From a virus (Duplodnaviria > Caudoviricetes), in the IMG/VR virus record IMGVR_UViG_3300012930_000003, positions 1,246 through 65,245 of that record: DNA of 64,000 nucleotides; one strand, given 5' to 3'. The first letter of the stretch is position 1. Each line of letters starts with the position of its first letter. A program made the position numbers and the translations under genes. Shown piece by piece: positions 57,543-64,000 of this stretch. Under the pieces are notes generated by a model that saw only the letters and a list, made by a program, of their open reading frames with translations, ran no database searches and had not been told where the DNA came from.

Positions 57543-58660
57543 AGATGAAATTGATGCGCGGACGGCTGGTTGAATTTCTGATCCTGCTGATGGTGGCTAT
57601 TGGCGCTGGGCCTGCTGGCGCGGCTCTGTGGCAATGGTCGACTACGGCTGGCCTCAACGGCAACAGTGACCCAACTATCAATTTTGCGGAAGGCCAAGCC
57701 CCATCATCGCTGAATGATAGTGCGCGTGCCCTCATGGCGGCGGTCGCAGTCAACATCAAGGACACCAATGGCCAAATCACATCTGGCGGCACAATTGCGG
57801 CGCTCACCCTAACGACGAATACCGTTTTCCCGAGCGCATCCGCCTTGGTTGGGCAGGCGATCACCTTCATTGCCGGCACAGGCAACGGTGCGGGTGCAAC
57901 GCTCAATATCGACGGGACCGGCGCGCTTGCGATCTTTATCGATGGTGTCAACGGGGCCGTGCCCGCGAATACCATCACGGCAGGCGGCATCTACACCGTG
58001 ACGAACACGGGCGGCCTTTATCGGCTGCATTCCGTCTACAACAACCCCTATAATACGGCGCTCGGAAGTATTCTTTGGTCAACGCTTTCGACCGCGCCAA
58101 ATGCGAACTTCGTTCTTGCAAACGGGCAGTGCCTCTCGACGACGACCTATTCGGTCTACTGGGTTGCGCTCGGGTCTCCGGCTAGCGGGGCGTGCGCTGG
58201 CGGGTTTTTTCAAATCATTGACTTGCGCGGTCGCGTTGTCGCCGGATTGGATACGCTCGCCGGAACTGGCGCGGCGGGACGCCTCACGTCGTCTGCGACG
58301 GGTTGCGGCACGGCAATGACGACGGTTGGAGCGGTCTGCGCGAACGGCCTTGAGGGCTACTCTCTCACTGCCGCGCAAATTCCATCGATCACAGCGGCAA
58401 ACGCCAGCGTTTCTCTCAGTGTGAGCACCACCACAAACAACTGGGTTGCGGGCAATACGTCGGATAGCACTGCGGTCAGCGCGGGTGGGGCTGGAACGGC
58501 ATATACGGTTTCAACGGCCGTTGGCCCTGTCGTTTCCAAGCAGCCGGCATCTGGTAGCGCGACGGGCTCCGTATCGGTGACATCCAACAATACCAGCGGC
58601 GCCGTGCATCCTGAGGTGCAGCCGACGATCGGTCTCGTTCCTTTCTTGCGGGTGATTTGA
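57539..58660 (+). CDS. Tail fibre with collar domain, preceded by a signal peptide
   Basis: WSTTA..N..INFAEGQAPSSLNDSARALMA anchor, APNANFVLANGQ...DLRGRVVAGLD collar and VQPTI C-terminus. Confidence 0.8.
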   Translation: MKMKLMRGRLVEFLILLMVAIGAGPAGAALWQWSTTAGLNGNSDPTINFAEGQAPSSLNDSARALMAAVAVNIKDTNGQITSGGTIAALTLTTNTVFPSASALVGQAITFIAGTGNGAGATLNIDGTGALAIFIDGVNGAVPANTITAGGIYTVTNTGGLYRLHSVYNNPYNTALGSILWSTLSTAPNANFVLANGQCLSTTTYSVYWVALGSPASGACAGGFFQIIDLRGRVVAGLDTLAGTGAAGRLTSSATGCGTAMTTVGAVCANGLEGYSLTAAQIPSITAANASVSLSVSTTTNNWVAGNTSDSTAVSAGGAGTAYTVSTAVGPVVSKQPASGSATGSVSVTSNNTSGAVHPEVQPTIGLVPFLRVI

Positions 58661-59082
58661 TGCTGGTTCAAACCAATCTACGGGTGCACCCAACGGCGGC
58701 GGCTCGGAACATTTACTATGAGGCTGCGGCTCCGATCACGGCCAACAATGTGCAGGATGCGATTGAGCAGGCTGCGGCCAGCGGCGGGGCGTCGATAACG
58801 CCGACGAACATTGCCATCGGGCAGTCGCCCTACACGGTGCTGGCGGCCGATCGGTATATCCGGGTGGATACATCCGGTGGCAACGTCACCATTAATATGA
58901 TGCCGTCAGCCGCTCGCAATGGCCTTGATGTTGAAATCAAGAAGGTCACCGCAGATGCTAATTCGGCTTCCGCCGTCCGTAATGGTGGAGAGGACATCGA
59001 CGGCATCGTGTCATATCCAATCGATTCGCCGCTGCTTGCGGTGAGGTTCATGCCGAGGGCAAATGGCTATGATGTTGTTTAG
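58657..59082 (+). CDS. Small tail fibre/adaptor protein
   Basis: ANNVQDAIEQ and SPYTVLAADRYIRVDTSGGNVTI motifs. Confidence 0.65.
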   Translation: MMLVQTNLRVHPTAAARNIYYEAAAPITANNVQDAIEQAAASGGASITPTNIAIGQSPYTVLAADRYIRVDTSGGNVTINMMPSAARNGLDVEIKKVTADANSASAVRNGGEDIDGIVSYPIDSPLLAVRFMPRANGYDVV

Positions 59083-61936
59083 GAAACTTCGCTCGTCATT
59101 GTCTGCACTCGCAACGTCCCTCGCCGTTGCGGGTATGATGCTATCGCCTGTGCTTGCTCAACAGGGTATCCAATTCCCGACAGGAACCATCTACGGCAAC
59201 GACACGGCGTCAACGCGATCTGGCAAGACAGCCACGATGTCGTCGATGTTCGACCGCGCCTATTGTTCGACGGTCGGCTATGTGATTGCCCGCACCATCG
59301 GAACTTGGACGTGCTCGCAGAATATCCCGGTCAAGGCGTCCTATTACGGCGCCATCTGCGACAGCGCGACGACGACATTTGCAGCGAAACTGCAAGATGC
59401 CGTAACGGCTGCGCAGAACGCTGGCGGCCTTCCGGTTGAATTGCCGCCGCCTGCCACCGTCGGCGCGAAATGCATTCACACAACCAGCGTGTGGACGAAC
59501 ATCTGGGCTGGCGCTGGCGTCTTGGCCGCGCCTGGAATGGACATCCGTGGCGTCGACCGTGATGTGACCGTGCTCGATACCCGCGTGGTCGGGTATGCGT
59601 TCGCGACCAATCCGGATTGGCAGTCGGCTTATAAATCGCTCTACCTTTCGACGGTCGGGGCTGGCGGCGTTCTGGCGTCTGGAACCTACTACGTCCAGAT
59701 TACAATGACCGACCCGTCCGCCAACGAGGTATTGGTGACATCGGCAGAGCCGTTCACCGTCCCCGCTACGGGTCGGGTGACATTGCCGCTGCAATCGGTC
59801 CATACCGGATACTGCTACAACATCTATATTTCCGCTTCTAGCCTGATGACATCCTCAAGTTACGGGAAGATCAGTGGCTCCGATGCAATCTGCTTGGGCG
59901 GAAACCAGAGCGTCAATCTGACCGATTTTGGCACGGCTCATGCGGTTCCGACCAATAAGGTCGCGGTCTGGCAGCAAGCCAATTTCGAGAAATTCTCGAT
60001 CACAAATCCCACCGCAGTAGCGGGGGCAAACTGCCTGAGTATTTTCAAGGTCGCGTATACGACCGTCGACAAGTTCTATTGCTCCAGCGTCGTCGATGGC
60101 ATCGATATTCTGACCTATTTCGGCGATGCCGATGGCAGTTTCAACGTCAAGATTACCCAATCTAAATTCAACGGCGTGAGCGGATGGGGCATTAACGGCG
60201 CTGGCGCGGCGGCGGGCCTGTCCTACCTCTTTGTGGAAAACGTAATCTGCAATCTCTGCGGAACGCTGCCGGCGAACTATTTCCCGCCATCCCTTTATGG
60301 CTCTGGATTTGGAATCAGCACGATCTCGCGCGCCAGCCCGAACGTGATGACGACGACGGCTCCGCATACGCTGCAGACCAATGACGAGATTTACATTACC
60401 GGCGTCTTTGGCAGCATGACGCAGCTTGTGAACGGCTGGTATCGCGTCAACGTGACTGGGGCATCGACACTCAACCTTGAGGATTTGGTTACCGGAACGA
60501 TCATCGATACCTCAGGGTTCACGCCATATACGACTGGCGGCGCATTCGCGCTGGCATGGCGTCCTCCGACACAGACGACGGGATCGGGAGGGTTTGCATG
60601 GGGCGGCCTTTCCGCAACCTTCAAGCATTCCGGGTGCACACAGGCAAACGGCACATGCTTCTACGCTACCGAGGTTGTCGGGTCGAACAATCTGAAACTG
60701 GATAATTTCACGGCCGAAAATACGCTCGGCAAGGGGTATTACATCGGGTCTCTGGCCGGCGGTGAATTCTCCGGCATCGAGGTATTGAGCGCGGTGGCCT
60801 ATGGCCAGACCCATGCCGGGATGCAACTCGGCACCGGCTTTGCCGCCGGCGGGGTTTCAAACGTCACCGTATCCAGCGCCAAGGTACGGTCGGATGTGAC
60901 GATTGCCATTGGGTTCGAGCAATTCCGAAACACGAACAATCCCACGGCGTTCACCGATTCAAACCGCGTCCGGAACGTCACTTGGACAACGTACGACCTT
61001 GCGGCAACGCAAGAGCGGTTTCGGGCATTTACTTTTGATCCGATCCCGGGCCAAGTTCAGCTTTCGATATCGGCGGTCAATACCGCACAGCTTATCCCCG
61101 TTGGATATGGCGGCTGCCTCCCGATTCATCTCAAGGCAACGGGTGAATGGGTTTGCGTTCGTGTCCCGAGCGCGGGTGTCACTCAAGCCGGCATTGGCGG
61201 GCTTTCGGCGACCACCACTTATCAACTCTACGCCTACAACTCGGCTGCGACCAATGCGCCATATGCCATTTCGATGGAGGTAAGCGCTACTGGCGTGGCT
61301 CTTGATGCCGCTGGATATTATGTGAAATCCAGCGATAGCACGCGGACTTTCGTCGGGCAGGCGAGGACCGATGGCAGCGGAAATTTCCAGACATCTGGAA
61401 CGCAGAGCACTCTTTTCCCGATCCAGTCCACCGTTCCGATTGTAACGACCGCTGGTGCGGTGTCATGTCCGACATGTGCGGTGACTGGCACCACTATTAC
61501 CGGAGCATATGGCATCACCGGAGGCGGCGATCTTTCGGCCAACCGAACGTTGGGCGTCAACCTCACTACGGCCGCCAACTCCATCGGCGGCAACGTCGCC
61601 ATGAACAATACGGCGAACTATTTCGATGGTCCCAGCATGGCGCAGGGCACCACTGGGACATGGTGGGCTTCCGGTACGGTTACTGTCACAGATACTGCGG
61701 CGACCGCGAATATCGTTTGCAAGCTTTGGGACGGGACAACCGTAATCGATAGCGGTTCTCTGACCACGGCCACGATTGGCCAAAACGCGACTATGACGCT
61801 ATCGGGAACGCTGGCCAGTCCGGCCGCGAACATGCGCATGTCGTGCCGGGATATTTCGGCAACCACTGGTCTGATTTTGAGTGGGGCGAGCGGCAACACC
61901 AAAGACAGCACAATCACAGGCGTTAGAATTCAATAA
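59063..61936 (+). CDS. Tailspike/receptor-binding protein (beta-helix-like) with signal peptide
   Basis: YGAICD...LQDAV beta-helix cap. 957 aa, Thr/Gly/Ser-rich, 18 Cys. Last tail gene. Confidence 0.75.
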   Translation: MAMMLFRKLRSSLSALATSLAVAGMMLSPVLAQQGIQFPTGTIYGNDTASTRSGKTATMSSMFDRAYCSTVGYVIARTIGTWTCSQNIPVKASYYGAICDSATTTFAAKLQDAVTAAQNAGGLPVELPPPATVGAKCIHTTSVWTNIWAGAGVLAAPGMDIRGVDRDVTVLDTRVVGYAFATNPDWQSAYKSLYLSTVGAGGVLASGTYYVQITMTDPSANEVLVTSAEPFTVPATGRVTLPLQSVHTGYCYNIYISASSLMTSSSYGKISGSDAICLGGNQSVNLTDFGTAHAVPTNKVAVWQQANFEKFSITNPTAVAGANCLSIFKVAYTTVDKFYCSSVVDGIDILTYFGDADGSFNVKITQSKFNGVSGWGINGAGAAAGLSYLFVENVICNLCGTLPANYFPPSLYGSGFGISTISRASPNVMTTTAPHTLQTNDEIYITGVFGSMTQLVNGWYRVNVTGASTLNLEDLVTGTIIDTSGFTPYTTGGAFALAWRPPTQTTGSGGFAWGGLSATFKHSGCTQANGTCFYATEVVGSNNLKLDNFTAENTLGKGYYIGSLAGGEFSGIEVLSAVAYGQTHAGMQLGTGFAAGGVSNVTVSSAKVRSDVTIAIGFEQFRNTNNPTAFTDSNRVRNVTWTTYDLAATQERFRAFTFDPIPGQVQLSISAVNTAQLIPVGYGGCLPIHLKATGEWVCVRVPSAGVTQAGIGGLSATTTYQLYAYNSAATNAPYAISMEVSATGVALDAAGYYVKSSDSTRTFVGQARTDGSGNFQTSGTQSTLFPIQSTVPIVTTAGAVSCPTCAVTGTTITGAYGITGGGDLSANRTLGVNLTTAANSIGGNVAMNNTANYFDGPSMAQGTTGTWWASGTVTVTDTAATANIVCKLWDGTTVIDSGSLTTATIGQNATMTLSGTLASPAANMRMSCRDISATTGLILSGASGNTKDSTITGVRIQ

Positions 61937-61948
61937 AGGGGTTGCATC

Positions 61949-62077
61949 ATGCCAATCGACCGAAAGTTATTTTTTGCAGGCATTCGCCAAAGTCCATTTC
62001 CGGGGAAATTGACATCGGGCCAGGTCTCCGGAACGTCGGCCATTCTGGACGAGTGGGAGCGGCGCAATGCGCGGTAA
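61949..62077 (+). pseudogene. 42-codon N-terminal stub of a GH19-type endolysin
   Basis: AAGGGG RBS. MPIDRKLFFAGIRQSPFPGKLTSGQVSGTSAILDEWERRNAR*. Ends inside the start of the HNH gene. Confidence 0.6.
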
Positions 62078-62747
62078 ACGCAGCGAGGAATGGGTTGGCG
62101 TCAGGCTCGGAAAACTCATTATCACCGAATTCTTGGGTCTGACTTCGTTCGGTCGCGGCCAGTCTGCATATTTCAAATTCAAGTGCGATTGCGGCAATGA
62201 GTTTGTAGCACAGAAGTCCAATGTGATTGGAAAAAAGAAAGATTGCGGATGCTCTGAAACTAAATCAGTTGGAACCTCGCCACGCGGGTTTACTCACCAT
62301 CCGTTGAGCAAAATATGGCGCGCACTCATTTCCAGATGCTATCTAGATACCGATGGCAGTTACCCCGACTACGGCGCGCGAGGCATTTCTGTCTGCGGTC
62401 GTTGGATTGATGGCGAGAACGGCCTAACTGGTTTCGAGTGTTTTGTTGACGACATGGGGATGCGTCCAAAGGGTAATTACACCGTCGAACGCATTGAAGT
62501 GAACGGAAATTATGAGCCGTCCAATTGCAAATGGCTGCATAAATCTGGGCAGTCAAAGAACCGACGCAACGTTCCTATGATAACAATCGATGGCCGGACA
62601 ATGTGCATACCAGATTGGTGCCGAGAGACTGGCGTCGGCTATTGGGTCGCTGTCCATCGCATCAAAAGGAAGGGGTGGCCGCCATCGGTCGCCGTTACAA
62701 TCCCGAACGGAATACATTCGTTCGCGCCAACCGGAGAGCATCAATGA
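62067..62747 (+). CDS. HNH homing endonuclease
   Basis: FKCDCG...DCGC...YGARGISVCGRW...FVDDMG...VERIEVNGNYEPSNCKW. AT-rich. Confidence 0.88.
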   Translation: MRGKRSEEWVGVRLGKLIITEFLGLTSFGRGQSAYFKFKCDCGNEFVAQKSNVIGKKKDCGCSETKSVGTSPRGFTHHPLSKIWRALISRCYLDTDGSYPDYGARGISVCGRWIDGENGLTGFECFVDDMGMRPKGNYTVERIEVNGNYEPSNCKWLHKSGQSKNRRNVPMITIDGRTMCIPDWCRETGVGYWVAVHRIKRKGWPPSVAVTIPNGIHSFAPTGEHQ

Positions 62748-63217
62748 CTATTTGGCCGAAAGATAATACAGCCGCGAAGAATGCCTTCTACGGTGATTTT
62801 CAGGATAAGGCTTGGGCAAGCCAATATTTGGTTCGAATCCACCCGCAGTTCATCATCTACTATGCCAAGAAGCCGATGCCGGCTGGTGTTCTTCTCAACA
62901 AGAAGTGCGCTGCGGCTATGCAGGCTGCATTTGATGAGATTTGGGAAAAGTGCGGTCACGATCAAAAACAGGTCGATAAGGCTGGGGCATCGGATTATGC
63001 CGGATGCTTCAATATCCGCAAGATCGCCGGAAGCAACAACTACTCCAACCATTCTTGGGCCTGCGCCATTGACTTATCGCCAGGAACCAACGGCTTCAAT
63101 ATGAAGGGCACACTTAGCCCGATTGTGGTAAACGCCTTCAAGCGGCAAGGCGCTCGATGGGGGGGCGACTACAAAGGCCGCAAGGACCCCATGCATTTCG
63201 AATTCGTTTCATCATAG
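62744..63217 (+). CDS. Endolysin, M15 family Zn peptidase
   Basis: FNIRKIAG...SNHSWACAIDL...WGGDY...DPMHFE. GGAG RBS and ATGA overlap. Confidence 0.88.
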   Translation: MTIWPKDNTAAKNAFYGDFQDKAWASQYLVRIHPQFIIYYAKKPMPAGVLLNKKCAAAMQAAFDEIWEKCGHDQKQVDKAGASDYAGCFNIRKIAGSNNYSNHSWACAIDLSPGTNGFNMKGTLSPIVVNAFKRQGARWGGDYKGRKDPMHFEFVSS

Positions 63218-63230
63218 AAAGGGATTATCC

Positions 63231-63527
63231 GTGAACAGCACACAGTTACAGACAACTTCAGCAACACTTGCCGGCGTGCTTGCCGGCTATGCCGCCGGAC
63301 ACGGCTGGCTTGGGTTGGACTTGGGAGCATGGACCGCCATCATTGCCGGGGGTATCGCGATTTGGCCCGCTATCGTTACGCGGGCTACGTCGCTCAAAAA
63401 TACGGTGGGCGGCATGAAGAACACTACAGTCGTTACTGACGCGGCGAGTGCTGCGGCACTCCCCGACAACAAGGATGTGATCGCAGCAACTCCGGCGATT
63501 GTGGCAGCCATAAAGCAGGCGGCATGA
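63231..63527 (+). CDS. Putative holin
   Basis: Two hydrophobic helices, directly after the endolysin. Confidence 0.6.
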   Translation: MNSTQLQTTSATLAGVLAGYAAGHGWLGLDLGAWTAIIAGGIAIWPAIVTRATSLKNTVGGMKNTTVVTDAASAAALPDNKDVIAATPAIVAAIKQAA

Positions 63528-63928
63528 CCATGAAACGCATCATCGCAATCACGTTGCTCGGGCTATTCCTCGCCGGCTGTGCCAAAGAGATGGCGCTGCT
63601 AGGGACCATCCAGCAAGTCGCCACGGCGACGGTGCCGGCCAGCGTCGTTATCCCTGCCGCCAATGCCTTCGATATCCTCAAAGACACGGCGACGAACTAT
63701 GCTCGGTACTGCATTCAGGGGAAATTCGTTGACGCGATTTGTTCGGCTGGCAATCGTCGAATTGTCGTCAAGTTCGTCCGCTCCGGCACGTCGGCGCGGG
63801 ATCAACTGGAGGATAGCGTCCAGAACGGTACGCCTGCGGCGGCATCAATCTATAATGTCCTCGTGGCTGCCGTGCAGGGTCTACAGGGGACGCCTGCCGC
63901 GTCGTCGCAATTTGGAGGTGCCAAGTGA
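63524..63928 (+). CDS. Lipoprotein (spanin candidate)
   Basis: MKRIIAITLLGLFLAG-C lipobox, in the lysis cassette. Confidence 0.65.
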   Translation: MTMKRIIAITLLGLFLAGCAKEMALLGTIQQVATATVPASVVIPAANAFDILKDTATNYARYCIQGKFVDAICSAGNRRIVVKFVRSGTSARDQLEDSVQNGTPAAASIYNVLVAAVQGLQGTPAASSQFGGAK

Positions 63929-64000
63929 AAACAATCACGATGATGGAACTTCGTAAGTCGCCGGGAGAATATGCCTTCCGTGTACGTGCCGATGGGGAGA
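63925..64000 (+). CDS. Partial ORF with Phd/YefM antitoxin-like N-terminus
   Basis: GGAGGT RBS, GTG start, MKTITMMELRKSPGEYAFRVRADGE. Truncated by the window end. Confidence 0.45.
   Translation, partial: MKTITMMELRKSPGEYAFRVRADGE

Noticed and set aside
57539-62747. Diversity-generating retroelement (BPP-1-like) targeting tail fibres
   Set aside because: No reverse transcriptase motifs and no template/variable repeat pair differing at adenines were seen.
1-64000. CRISPR array, tRNA or rRNA genes
   Set aside because: No regularly spaced repeats or cloverleaf/T-loop signatures were recognised by eye. A tRNAscan run would be needed to exclude them fully.

Overview
The window is almost the whole genome of a GC-rich tailed dsDNA phage with a podovirus-type structural module: P22-like portal, DUF4043/N4-gp56-type major capsid, three large ejection proteins and no tape-measure gene. 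The host is probably alphaproteobacterial (inferred from a GVTFQQVQKYE XRE regulator, a GapR-like protein and an alpha-type boxA). Layout: leftward early/recombination arm (447-13234: DEDDh exonuclease, HerA-like ATPase, DUF1367, Bet); divergent promoters at about 13280-13350; rightward arm with Cro-like HTH, RuvC, two DNA methyltransferases and a split primase-helicase; then packaging, head, tail and lysis genes. There are five free-standing HNH/EndoVII homing-type nucleases. I saw no integrase, CI, tRNA, CRISPR array or reverse transcriptase. Main unusual signals: (1) five putative virion appendage proteins carry classical Sec signal peptides and even, paired cysteine counts, suggesting periplasmic folding and extracytoplasmic virion completion; (2) an HNH gene has captured the start of its target gene and supplies a synonymously recoded replacement 5' end; (3) another HNH lies between a 42-codon GH19-endolysin-like stub and an unrelated M15 endolysin; (4) a Tat-signal protein carries a 13/17-identical copy of a major-capsid segment; (5) two early promoters share a leader hairpin with compensatory base changes. 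Family assignments come from motif recognition by eye, not from database searches.
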